Below, piece by piece: positions 12,098 to 24,172 of a stretch of DNA of 64,000 bases. Made by a program: the position numbers and the translations under genes. Each line of letters begins with the position of its first letter. Position 1 is the first letter of the stretch. Below the pieces are notes generated by a model. It did not search any database and was not told the origin of the DNA. It saw nothing but the letters and a program-made list of their open reading frames with translations. The stretch is from Cirrosporium novae-zelandiae (taxonomy: Eukaryota), in the NCBI GenBank assembly GCA_026023565.1, contig JAPETS010000007.1, forward strand, positions 558,001-622,000, written 5' to 3'.

Positions 12098-13614
12098 TTA
12101 GACTAAACTATCCGTACTGTCACCCCTACCCTTCTTCCCCGCCTTCCCCGCCGACTCAATCCTCTCCTCCCCAATTGCCGGCACCACCCTTCCATCCATA
12201 CTACTCTCCTCACTACTCTGAAACTTAACATTCACGCTCGTCGTCTTCATAATCCCATCCTCCGATATAATCCCCTCCTCGCTATCTCCATCCCCTCTCG
12301 CGGTCACCACACTATTCAATTTCTTCCCAGCATACTTCCCCATCTCATAATCCATCATCGTGCCGCTCCGTCGCGTCTTATGCATGGTGCCACTTTTGGT
12401 GGTTCTGCTGCGGCCGTAGGTCTGGGAGTTGCCGCCGCGCCCAGGGGTTTGGCTGCTGCGGTAGGAGGAGCCGAGGAGGCGGGGCACGAAGCGTTGGAGG
12501 AGGGGTTTCAGGGATGGCCCGCAGGCTGTAATTATGGCGATGTCGACTTCCACGGCCGACCAGATGAAGGAAATATCCCAGTTACCATCGGATGCGGCCG
12601 TTTGGAAGTAGAAGTGGATTAGGGTTTTCATGCGGATGCAGCCGATGATCATGACGCTGGATGAGGTTACAGATTTAGGAAGTAGATTTAGATTACGCGG
12701 GGGAGAAGATACGTACATGATGCCCAAGGAGAGGAGACCCGTTACTGCGATTTTCTGCCGTAGCGGCATATGCAAACTATAGGTAATCCATGCGGGAATC
12801 ACGAGTACAGCTAAATCCGTGAGCAGTGCGAAAATGCCGACAAACGTATTGAAGACTGCTTGGTTGAGGCAATGACCTTTTTTCCTTGGGAGCATAAATT
12901 CATATACATATGAAACCGGGGAGCACTGGAATACGGAACACAGCAGTAAAATCGTCGATACAACGGCGAGGACCAAAAAGGTACCTCGGATCGTATATTT
13001 GATCTTGATGTGTTGGTTCCCATTGATTTTGTCGAGGAAAATGAGGGCTGAAAGCTTCACCAGGGAGAGAATTGGGTTGTGAGTTATTTGGAACCCATAA
13101 TTGTACTATAGCAAAAAGACACATTGTTTAGTACTCACTGCAAGATCTTGGTCTTTTCGTATTACGGTTAGATTGAATTTTAAGAGTACGTACTTTCATA
13201 GCTTCTGGATAATCCTTCTCGGACCAGTCTGCCGGTATATCCTTATTATGGTAACCGATGTAATCATATTTAATGACTAATACCAGGTTAGCTAGGTTGG
13301 GACATCTCATGGTCTATACTTGCATTGCCATGACAGATAGGTTTCAACAACGGTCAGGGCCTTTGCGTTGTCAATATCTAGTTATACATATCTAGGACAA
13401 AGATCTAGCTCACCCACGCGATAACAATAAGGACATCATCTATCAAAATTAACATCAGCTATAAGCCTGATGAATGAATGGTTATTAACATACCTACACC
13501 GAACCTCTTCTGGAGCTTTTTACCTAACAGTCGAAGTCCCAGAGCGATGCTACTGCAAATAGGTAGAACAAGGAGGATTGTCAAAGCAATGGTCTGATGT
13601 GAATGATCAACCAT
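12098..13614 (-). CDS. PTH11-like (fungal rhodopsin domain) integral membrane protein without CFEM; ~5 introns
   Basis: MVDHSHQTIALTILLVLP...LRL...FGVDD, VKLSALIF, FQCSPV, TDLAVLVIP, WSAVEVDIAIITACGPSLKPL. Confidence 0.85.
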
Positions 13615-14994
13615 GTTTGTGTACTCGCCAATGGATGAATTAAGAAAATCTTATTAACGGCAGATAGCAGCTGCAGCGAAGACTGGGGTTAACGAGCGTC
13701 ATGCATCTAAAAAGAAAAACTTAGAAAATGAACGTAGGAGGTGTAAAAGCCTGATCAAGGGGGAATATCAATCAAGTAGTTATATTATAGATCCCCTTTA
13801 CGCATTATTACTTGCGGCTGGTATCTGCCAGTTAAAGAATTGAATCAGCGATCATCGAGTGGTCAATTCATATGATCTGATCTAGTTCATATCAAACCTC
13901 GGAGGATCTTGGAGGAAGCGGGGAGCTTTACCAGATGCTGGTAAGCGGTTCATCATGAAGGTCTTGATGGCAAGCTCCATGGACAGTAATTTGGAAATTT
14001 TAGTCAACTTACGTTCCTCTTCTGAGGCTTGCCCAGCTTGATATTATCAATAGCTCGCTCGCCCCGACAAATCAGCAATATTAGGCGACAGGACCCGCCC
14101 AGTCATATCGTTCAATGCTTGAGGAGAAGAAGCATTCCCTGTTAGTAGCCAAGCCATTCCAAATACCGAGGGAGAACATAAGGTTAGGATGTTTGCTTGG
14201 ACGTCCCGTCAAAAAAAAAGATTAGGAAAATACATCACTTGGTGTGGATCCCGAGGTGGGGAAAGGTTTAGGCGACATAAAAATATTCAAGAAAATTAGA
14301 CTAAAGTAGTTGCCAAAATTGAAAGATAGACTAGTGGGGACAGACAGCTTGATACCCCAAGCTACTATTCTCAAAATCGATTGCCAACGCAACCACGAAA
14401 CGTCCCATTTGTAGTATCATTCATAGCAGTTTCAAAAGTGGAATTTGGCACAGAAGACAGATAACAACTTTGGGGGGAGGGGGTAGTCTAGCCTCCAGTA
14501 GAGCACCAAAGAAGGCTAATCAGTTCAAATATTAGGGCTGAACCAGAATCTCCCATGGTAGGGGGGAAATAAAAATCTACTCCGATGATTACCCGTAGAT
14601 AATTTATCAAACACCCATGTACACACACACTGTTGGTTGGAATTGAGGCAGATTTCTTAAAATCAGGGTATCATGGTAGGATTTCAGGTCTAGGCTTCAG
14701 GAGGCTGATACGCTATGTTAAAAGTATAATTGATAGTGAGCTGATGCTCCACTTGATTATCCGGGGGCGAGGATATGAATAGCGGCGAAAGAAGATAGTT
14801 CAGGGTCGTGTTCAAGTAGTGATAGTGATAGTATGCATAACTTTAATAATTATGCGAATTACCACGTGTTTTCTCCGTTCTAGAAAATGTTTAAAAACTT
14901 AAAAAGCATTTTGGAAGAAGCTTAAACTTTATTACCAATCGCGTGCAAACAAAACATGTGATCCTACTCCAGCCAGAAATATATCAACTTCAAT

Positions 14995-16749
14995 TTAATA
15001 CCGACAGTGCCCACAATATCCACAATCTTCAGCAGAACATGCCGTGTAATCTGCCTCTGATTCACCACCAGAGAAATGTGCCTCATCATCTGAGTAATCC
15101 GAATCATCAGAACAATTGCAGACAAATCCTCCACATTTCATACACCTTAACTTGTCCTCATCCGCCTCGTTAGCTTCCCATCTCTTCCTTAACGCTTCTG
15201 GGAGAGTGTTGCATTCTGTCCTTCCCGCTTCCCAAATCTGCAACTGTTGTATCCCAACCCGAGTGACGACAACCTTACCTTCTGGTGAATTCTTTGCCGC
15301 CTTAGTGATGTCCTCGATGATGCCTAGAAGACAATTGATCTGTCCTTTATTCGTTTCTTCCCATTTCTTGACTTCTTCACGCATATCACCAATCCCAATC
15401 CCATTGAACCGGCTTTTTTCCATGTATTTCTGGTTGAAACCAGATCCCTCGGAATCAGTATCCTCAGAAGAAGGCTCCTCGAATATTCCAGCTTGGTGAT
15501 AGCCGATGACGAAATTGGGGATTTGACACAGCCAGAGCCGTGAACATAGCTCGTCCATATCAATTCCTCGCTTGAAACTTCGGGTTTTCATTTCGAAAAT
15601 GACCTCTTGGGGAATCTGCCTACCTCTGCGTTCGATTTCCAGCTCCTGGTCAGAATCACGTACATCCTTTCTCGATATACTTGAATTATCGTTCTTCGAT
15701 TTCGCAATTCTAATACCTTTTTCTATTCCAGTGATCGTCAATTGAGAAGTCGCCGAGGTGGGTATGCTTGCTCCCTTTCTCCGGCAAATACGAGGGATAT
15801 GTTGTAGTGGTCCTCCATCTTTCATGGTCTGCAGCAGCTCTTTTTCCGTCAGAGAACCAGGCATGTCCTCATCTGTTAGGTATCCGTCACTCTCAAACCT
15901 AACCAAACACTTCAGCCTCCCCGCAAGCCTATATGTAATCATCCTTTGATAGGATACCGAGTCCTTCACATCCTCCTCCCAGACCGTATACGCCTCTGGA
16001 AACGTATGTCCATAACCTCTCACGTTCTGAAGCACTTCCCTAGGGCTTGCCTCCCTCCTCACAAAGAACGCCGTGGTACCCACAACCTCAACCTCAAACC
16101 CAAAAGTCTGATCAGCCTCATCCGCAAACTTGAGTAAATAATTCAACACCTTATTACAAGTAACAACATCAATAGAATCTGTATCGAATTCCTCATTCAT
16201 CTCAAATAAAGCCTGAATCGCTGGCTCGAATGGATGATTCGGAGACCGCGCAGCATTGATATCCTTGGAAAAATCTCCACTGTCTTCTTTGAGCCGAGGA
16301 ATCTCCTCCGGAAGTGACCATAGTCGCGGTGCTCCTGGAACGAGAATTTTCTTCTCCGACTCTCTTTCCTCGGCGACCCAACAATACGAACCCGCAAACT
16401 CACATTCCGTAATCCTACCATCTACTTCCTCTTCCTTTTCAACCCCTATATCCTTTTTTTCCAAATTCTTCACCAACACCCCATTATAATTTTCTGGAAA
16501 CCGACTCTGACTTTCATGCCCAACTTTAAACCCTCTACGCCATGCCCCTCGTTTTTGTCCCTGCTGCCATCCACGTGCCCACCTCCCCTCCCTAAATCTC
16601 CGAAAACCGGAACCGCGAGACGGCGCTATCGTAGTGCCTCCCTCGTTCGTAGACTGATGCCCATATGCATTACCTACGCCACCACGCCATAAACCTCTGT
16701 CTCTCGTCGTTGTTGGCCACGAAGAATGGTTATTTGATTTTGACGTCAT
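14995..16749 (-). CDS. Uncharacterised protein with candidate DXO/Rai1-like nuclease core, RG-rich N-terminus and Cys-rich C-terminus
   Basis: 584-aa intronless ORF; ILVPGAP, DINAARSP, GHTFPEAYT, RFESDG, EMKTR and LWLCQIP motifs. Confidence 0.75.
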   Translation of the reverse strand: MTSKSNNHSSWPTTTRDRGLWRGGVGNAYGHQSTNEGGTTIAPSRGSGFRRFREGRWARGWQQGQKRGAWRRGFKVGHESQSRFPENYNGVLVKNLEKKDIGVEKEEEVDGRITECEFAGSYCWVAEERESEKKILVPGAPRLWSLPEEIPRLKEDSGDFSKDINAARSPNHPFEPAIQALFEMNEEFDTDSIDVVTCNKVLNYLLKFADEADQTFGFEVEVVGTTAFFVRREASPREVLQNVRGYGHTFPEAYTVWEEDVKDSVSYQRMITYRLAGRLKCLVRFESDGYLTDEDMPGSLTEKELLQTMKDGGPLQHIPRICRRKGASIPTSATSQLTITGIEKGIRIAKSKNDNSSISRKDVRDSDQELEIERRGRQIPQEVIFEMKTRSFKRGIDMDELCSRLWLCQIPNFVIGYHQAGIFEEPSSEDTDSEGSGFNQKYMEKSRFNGIGIGDMREEVKKWEETNKGQINCLLGIIEDITKAAKNSPEGKVVVTRVGIQQLQIWEAGRTECNTLPEALRKRWEANEADEDKLRCMKCGGFVCNCSDDSDYSDDEAHFSGGESEADYTACSAEDCGYCGHCRY

Positions 16750-17131
16750 AGTTTTTGAATATGGGAATAGTAGGGATGGGTAGGGTAGGTAGTTTAATGC
16801 AGCGTAGAGTTACCGGTTCAAACTAGTAGTATATAAATAAATGTAGACAATGCTTCGGGGGGGTTGTAGTGATTGTAGAACCGTCTAGACATACCAACTT
16901 TTTTATAGATGAATATATAAATTTATATCTCGAAAAAAAAAACATCAAAAAGTCTTTGATGAATAAAACTAAACGACAAATTGTTGTAACTTGTCAAAGA
17001 GAGGGAATAGCAGCCTTGTCTCCCCCTTGGTTTCTTTTTCTTTCATCTTATTTCTTTCCCTACACCGCCTATGTACGGCATAGCACGGTATGGCACAGCG
17101 AAGCAAGGCAATGAGTGTGGCATGTAAGTCA

Positions 17132-17160
17132 GGCAGCCCGTAGTACAAGTGCGGGCTGCC
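17132..17160. repeat. GC-rich inverted repeat (hairpin)
   Basis: GGCAGCCCG-tagtacaagtg-CGGGCTGCC: perfect 9-bp stem, extendable to 11 bp with a G-U pair. Confidence 0.75.
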
Positions 17161-17618
17161 CTTATCTAACCGAAAATATATACACATCTACATATGCTGT
17201 GTTCTGCGAATCATGTATGTACGTATATATGCAGGGATATCCTAAGCGCCAGCTTCTCTTGTCTTGTTTCAAGATGCGTCATCGTAGGCTATCCAGTTGA
17301 GTGGTTCTATTGGTTCTTTGTATGACGTTGCAGGTTACACGAGTGGCACAGCACAGACTACTGTACAGTATGGTTGAATCGATCTAATTTGATTTAAACA
17401 ACGCCGCCAGGTTTTAAGTGTAGAATAATTATTTAATATGTGAATAAAATAGATATTAGAGTGTTTAGTTTGCTTTGATTTACTTTAGTGGAATCACGGT
17501 ACTGAATAAGGAGAAAGAAGTATATGGGATTGACTGGCTGATTAGCGACCCTGCTCCCTATTATGCGATCAAATCACGACTCTCTTTAGATCTACCTATT
17601 TAACCTGAGGTATTTTTC

Positions 17619-19532
17619 TCAAAGCCTCGAACACGACCCAAGCAAATCCTGATTGATGATTCCAGCAACCGCGATGCACTCCTCGTCCTGGAAGTGTGGG
17701 GTCGTGATCTGGATGGCGCAAGGAGCGCCGTCAGCGGCCTCGGGATCGTAGTCGGGGCCTCTAGCCGGAAGTGAGAATTTAACGGGGTTGGGGTCCAGTT
17801 CTTTGGAGGCCTTGGAATAGGGGATTATTGTTGCGGGGTACTAGTAAAATGAATTGCGTTCCAGATATCTGCTAGGGGAAGAGCTATACTTACGTCTAAG
17901 AGATTCCAGAGGACAGTGTACGGCACCATCCCGTATTTATCGTGCGGAACCGCAGTCCCCTGTGCCCCTGGCCCAATTATACAGTCGAGTTTGCGCTTAA
18001 TCCACATGGCTCGCCATTTATTACGATACGCTACTGTTTCCACGTTCAAGGCAGCTAGACCATCAATAGTATATTTATGCTTCGCGACGTAGCGCTCATG
18101 GTATTCTTTAGACACCATCGTCCGAGCAGAGGGAATAAGTGGCTCACCACCGGCCTCAATGTGTCTTACGGCAGTCCTTATGGGATCAAGCGAGAAATAC
18201 GCAAACGTGAGTTCTTGCGCTGTGGAAACACTCATATCTGGGTCGTGAGGGAGCTCAACTATTTCGTGGCCCGCTGCACGAAGTTCGTTGGCTGCTTTGG
18301 CCAGGGTATGGCGAACCGGGGGGTGGAGAGGCCATTCAGGATCTTCGGTCAGGAGGCCAATAGTCAATGGTGTTTTGGGGGGCTTCAAGGTGCGCCAAGG
18401 AACTGCGTGAGCCGTAGCATCATAGTTCCATGGATGAGCACCGATGACGGCTTTCATAAAGAGTTCGCAATCCTCAAAGGCAGTTGCAAGCGGACCTGCG
18501 CAAGCTGGAACACCTGTGGGGGCTCCAGGTAAACCTGGAGTCGCTTGACCGCCATATGGGATTCTATGCGTGGAAGGTTTGAACCCATAATCTCCGTTAC
18601 AGAGAGCAGGGATTCGAATTGACCCGCCGACGTCAGTACCTACACCGATTAGTGAACCTCGCATTGCAATTAGAGCACCTTCGCCTCCACTAGAGCCCCC
18701 AGCTCCGAGAGTTGTTTTGTGCGGATTAAGCACTCTTCCCCATACATAATTGTCTGAATCCGCAGTCTATTAGCTGTGTAAGTGCATGTATACAAGACCA
18801 ATAAAGTGTAAATCTACCATCAAAGTCTGAGGAATGTTGGTCTTTACATAGAGAACTGCACCTAGGTTCAGTAAGATGTCGACCAGAGGTGAATTCTCTG
18901 CAGCTGGTCTGTCAATAAAGGAGGTATAGCCAATCGTGCTATCGTATCCCTTCACGCGAAAACTGTCCTTTTCGAATTTTAGTACAGTATTCACTGATGG
19001 AACAAACATGAATTCCCACCTTGATGCTTACAGGAAGACCATGCAGAGGGCCAAAAGGCTTCTTGTGTGTTTTCAAATAATCGTCCAGAAATTGCGCCCT
19101 CTGAGAAGCAAAATCAAAAAAAGTCTCAGTAAGGCAATTGACCTAAAGGATGGAAAAAAAGTCAGTAGCTAGTACTTCTCGGAATTTTTTGCAGAAAATC
19201 TTCTTGCGAACCAATTGCTGGGCAATGGCTGCTCTCTTGGAAAAAGCCAAAGTCACTTCAGCCGCAGAGAATGTTCCATCTGCTAGCTTCTTCAACAATT
19301 CTCCAGCGGTATAGTTCTCGGTAATATCCAATTCATTATCAGACAGAATGCCGCTTTTTCGAGGGGCATCAAGGGTAATTGCGTTTGTTGGCTTCTCAGT
19401 TGATGGGGTAGGGAATTTTGAATTATCCAGACGCCATGCTGCAGGAATCGAGGCTAGACGGCTTGCTTGTTTGCGAGCTGCACGTATCTGCCATGTTTCT
19501 TGAGGTGTAGTATCAACCTGAGTAAGAGTCAT
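17619..19532 (-). CDS. Amidase-signature family amidase (acetamidase/FAAH-like); 4 introns; C-terminal SRL
   Basis: GPLHGLPVSIKD, KTNIPQTLM, GGSSGGEGALI and GTDVGGSIRIPA (Ser-cisSer-Lys triad); last exon ends LGSCSRL-stop. Confidence 0.92.
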
Positions 19533-20105
19533 GATGGTGGTTTGCGCTGAATATATTCAAACCTGTACTAAATTGCAGAGAACAGCAAGATAGAAAAGGT
19601 AGATGAATAGTTGCCATTACTGATAGATAAGACTCCTCGAGCCAATATGTGATGTGATTAAAAGTATCCACCTCTCTCTCCACTCATCAGTATCAGGAAG
19701 TCGGGAAGTAGAGAGAAGTGGACCAGTTGTTGTTGGTGATATTATTGCGGAGGGGTAGTTGATGAGCGATTTGGCTAAGAGCGTTCTAGTAGGAAATATT
19801 GGAGGGAGATACCTCTAAGCGAGTCCCCCCTCTGGCAATCCAGTGCCTCAGTTACCCCTCTCAGGGAGATAAATCTATCGGACATCTCCCCATCCAACTT
19901 ATCCTTACAAGATACATAAAATCAGTTTCAATCCTAGGCCATGATAATTTGATATGGTTTTATTGTCACAATCTTCCATTTCAATTGTTATCTATAGCCT
20001 CGGCATTTGTTCACTGGTTCCGCCCCTTCTCGGTTTTGAGCGACCGAGACCCTATCCATCTACCCCTCGGGTTTTCAATCCTTCTTGGGAGACATGATTG
20101 GAATC

Positions 20106-21656
20106 CTAGATATCTTTTGAACTGTACTTCCGAAGCAATGGCTCTCTGAGCAGCCTTTCCATTGCATGGGACTCTAGATGAACCGAAACATCCACCCCGT
20201 TGTCGCACCAATGTCGTGGTTTTGTTTCCGTAGATGAACCACCAAAAGGCGCAGCCTCCATGATCTGGATACACCCATCTAAACTTGGCATAACGGCTTC
20301 AACGTACCGAGGCGGGATCCCAAGCCCAAAGTCTATTTCATACATTCCTGTGTGAACCCATGATGTTACTAGAACATGTCGATGCCCAAGGAATGCCTGC
20401 CATAGTCTTTGTGGGCACCATTCATGTGCCGTGGTATGAAGATGTGCCGCTATGGCCGACGAATCAAATTTCTTCAAAGTTGAGCGAATCAAGCCTGCTA
20501 TTGGAGCTGGGGAATCTGTAGTTGCCTCGCACGCCGTCGCTGGTACATCTGTAACCATAAGCGGTGACCCTAGGAAGCGTTTAGGTAATGGCGGACATGT
20601 TCGAGGGCGTAAGCCAAATGTTACATCCAGGTGTACTATCTCTTCATCCGCTTTTAATTCTCGTGCACGATTTATACATGCCCAGATATGAGAAAGAAGT
20701 GCATCTTGATAACTGACCGGCAAAACAGCCATTGAAGCAGCCTCATGGATATGTTTCATTTCTAAAGGATCAAAGTGTACCAAGTAATGCGATACAGAGG
20801 CATGCACATCCCACTCGAACCATGGCATATTTGTGCCTAGGGTAAGAACAGTCCCAGGCTCCAGTTCTGAAGGAGGGTCTCTTCCTGATATCCACCAGTC
20901 GAAGCGATGGCAAGGCAGAGCAAGTGCAATATCTACCAACTGTTCGTTCGGTTCTAGCGCATCAATATCCCCAGCTGCAGCATTGTCCAAAAGTTGGGGA
21001 TTGAAGACTGGAGAGGGGGATGGAAGCGGTGTTTTATGGAAGATTGCTTGGCTTATGTTTGCCCAATCTTTCACAAAATGTGAGAGCGTAATTGCATCTC
21101 CCAATGAATGGGAAAGTTTAACGGCGACAGCTAAACTTCCGCACTCAAACGTTGTGACCTGGATTGCCATACATGGTAAGATTGAATCTTCATTTTTTGA
21201 AGGAGCAAGGGGAGTAGTTGGTAGGAAAATTCCAGATGGCACCTGTGTTGCATCCCAGGAATGAAGTGTATTTGCACGTTTTTCCGGATTTGGAACGAGT
21301 GTATCGAGGGTGCCCGAGTAGTTGGCGACGACAAATTCAATACCAGGATCGGTTGTTTTTCCAAATTCCAAATTTAGACGGTGGAAGCGTTGAGTATGTA
21401 GCCCACCAGGTTTGTACGCTGACCATTGGAGTCTGCCACACCATTGAGGATAATAATCCAGGGTATGGCAGAGAGCTGTTTTCAGATGGTCTGGAGAGAG
21501 GGTTAAATTAGGTCTTGATGGTGAATTATAGTACCAGACAGCAGCAGAGACTGCGAAGTTGGCAACTGTAGCATCAATGATGGACAAAGGGACACATTTT
21601 GTAGTGTTTATGGGGTTTGTAGGGAAAGCTCGTGCTGAAGATGTAATGTGGAACAT
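20106..21656 (-). CDS. BAHD-like CoA-dependent acyltransferase (Transferase family)
   Basis: HSLGD (HxxxD) and DFGLG motifs; YPQWCGRL; intronless 516 aa. Confidence 0.88.
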   Translation of the reverse strand: MFHITSSARAFPTNPINTTKCVPLSIIDATVANFAVSAAVWYYNSPSRPNLTLSPDHLKTALCHTLDYYPQWCGRLQWSAYKPGGLHTQRFHRLNLEFGKTTDPGIEFVVANYSGTLDTLVPNPEKRANTLHSWDATQVPSGIFLPTTPLAPSKNEDSILPCMAIQVTTFECGSLAVAVKLSHSLGDAITLSHFVKDWANISQAIFHKTPLPSPSPVFNPQLLDNAAAGDIDALEPNEQLVDIALALPCHRFDWWISGRDPPSELEPGTVLTLGTNMPWFEWDVHASVSHYLVHFDPLEMKHIHEAASMAVLPVSYQDALLSHIWACINRARELKADEEIVHLDVTFGLRPRTCPPLPKRFLGSPLMVTDVPATACEATTDSPAPIAGLIRSTLKKFDSSAIAAHLHTTAHEWCPQRLWQAFLGHRHVLVTSWVHTGMYEIDFGLGIPPRYVEAVMPSLDGCIQIMEAAPFGGSSTETKPRHWCDNGVDVSVHLESHAMERLLREPLLRKYSSKDI

Positions 21657-22035
21657 GATTGAAAATATATAAAAGCTAAATGAAAATCAATTATGTGCGA
21701 TGATAGAGGAGAAAGAACTCTAGAGCAGATTTCCATAGAAGTTGAAAGGAACGAAAATGAAAATTCTTTATATAAAGCAGTTCATTAGCCTATTTTCGAA
21801 AAATATTGCTTGAGGACCCTAATTAGCGGAAGGTGCGTTGATTCATATTGGGAAGTCATAATGGTTTGGTTACATAGAGAACTATATGTGAGTTAGCCAA
21901 AAAATAATTTAAATTTTAACTATTTGTATATCTACTGTAGTTACACAGTAGGGTGAGGGGAGGGGGTTGAGATAAATGAAAAATGATGGTGGTTCTAGAT
22001 TATGATTGAGGATGATGGAGAATTGAATGATTGTG

Positions 22036-22103
22036 GGGGTCACAGGGGAGATCACAGGGGAGATCACGGGGGAGGTCACGAGGAGGTCACGAGGAGGTCC
22101 GAG
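22036..22103. repeat. Degenerate 11-12 bp tandem repeat (GAGRTCACRGG)n, about 6 copies
   Basis: ggggtcacaggg gagatcacaggg gagatcacgggg gaggtcacgag gaggtcacgag gaggtccgag. Confidence 0.8.
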
Positions 22104-22573
22104 ACAGGGATTTGTATGGAATCGGGGCAATGACGCAAGTGGGAAAATCCATGTCCAAGTCCCTGGAAATTAACACCAAACTAGTCTGAATTGACCTGAA
22201 CTGCTTGATCCATTGAGACTGACCTCTTTATCCTTCTACTTCTTCTTCTTCTACTTCTTTTGCTTCTTCCTATTCTTCCTCCCTTCTTCAACTTTCATAT
22301 TCACATTTCTCATACACCTCACTCTCATCACAATTCCCACAATTCTACTCAAAAACTACCCCCTCAAATTATTCAACTTACCCAACACCTTTCATCTACA
22401 ACGTCTTATCCCAGATCGCGGTTGATTGAAAGTTCAGCCACTGCCCCGCCGCCCAATCATCAAGAATCAGAATAAATACTCGAAACAATTACAACTTATA
22501 CATCTCCCATTCATCAAGAACTCCCCTCCTTTAACTCATCAGCTACTTTACCACCTTCACCAACAATAACAAT

Positions 22574-23440
22574 ATGTCGACACCTACTTTGATCAATTTA
22601 CCTCCTCCTCCCTCCAATCCAGAGACTCCTTCTGAGATGGGACCTGGTACTCCAAACTCTACAACTACCTCCTTGAGTACCTTATCTACAACTGCAATCA
22701 AAGACGGGTAGGCTTTTATTTCTACTACTCATATTTGTCTGTGTTAATTCCACTTCAGCCATCGCGGACAATCTCATCCTCATGGTCATACCCATCACCA
22801 TTCTGGCTCCGGTTTGAGTAGTCTCGATGCAGAACGCGCCGATCGTATCTCTCGCCTAGCTGGCTTAGAGCGCGTCACCGCCGCTAGATCGGGCTCTAGT
22901 GGCCTTGCAACCTACACTTCAGGAACAAGCAATCAGCCACCAAGCTATTTTGACACCACCGGAGGCTTACCTAAGGAGCGATCTACGGTTGGGAGTGCGA
23001 GTGCGACGGAACCGAGTGTTGGAGCACGTACAACCTGGGCAAGTAGCAGTGATGCTTATGAGGGTGATAAGATGAGTGAGGACCCTGATGATGGCATGTC
23101 GTCGCTGGGCGGCTTTAGCGACGAAGGCAATGCCAGCTTAGTTGCATTTGGCGAGGGTGCCAGCGGTATCAGCGGGCCCATCTCCACTCCACATCAGCGG
23201 GCTCTTGCTGCTAGACATTTCGGAAGCATCGACAGTCCATCATTCGGTAGAGCTACTCCGGAAGGCGCTAAGCGGGAACCCAGAATGATTGATGGCATGA
23301 CGTACGATGCAGGTGTTACGGACACGACCGCTAGACCTCCCTTGCCAGCTACACCTTCCACTCCAGGAAGGACAACCCCTCCACTTGGAAATGATGATGG
23401 AAAAGAAGGAGTGAAGGGGAATCCTTCGGAGGATAAGTGA
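22574..23440 (+). CDS. Conserved fungal hypothetical Ser/Thr/Gly-rich protein; intron 22708-22758
   Basis: MSTPTLINLPPPPS...TTAIKDG|HRG splices in frame to ORF 22814..23440 (ADRISRLAGLERV, EGNASLVAFGEGA). Confidence 0.8.
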
Positions 23441-24172
23441 AGCGACCTACGGGTAAACTTGTTATGAGACGATTGACTGGATGCTGTGTGGAATTGGGAC
23501 CTTGGAACGGCAAACAAGCGATGAGGGCTTTTGACGAGACTACAACCTGTACTTTTACGCTCTTGATATCCAAAGAATGATGCATGCAATGATATTGATT
23601 GAAAAGGTCGGCCTTTGCCGCCATTGTGAAATTTGTTATTAATCTAGTAGAGAAGCTATTGTCGGGTACTGGTGCATATCAAATGTCGTCGGAAACCTTC
23701 GGGTTAGTAGGTGCGATTCTTGGCAATTACTACGACTTATTAAGTAAAAGCTTCATTTTGAAAGGTCGTGTTATGATCCAATCTCCACGATATATGGAGT
23801 ATTCTTGGAGAAATTCCAGTTTCCTCGGAATATTTAATTGGTCAGATCAATAGCCGCTGGAGTAAAATGCCAAAATATCTGTTTGGTGATATCTAAACTT
23901 ACTATGCATTCCTATTATCACAACTGCCAGCATCCTGACACCGCCTTGAAAGTTGCCAGATTGACCTCTCTAATGGTCCAAATATTGCCAACACATCTTC
24001 CAATTTAACCCGCAGTTTTGTTGTAATATTTCCGCTTTTCTTGCCTTCGTCCAGATCTTTATCATCTCCAGTTCTTACCTTTCCCCATCTTCCCCATGCT
24101 CTTACGTTCCACCGTCTCCTTCTCCCTTACTGCTCAATCTTGTCCTTTGTAATGCCGTTCCATAACCATAGC

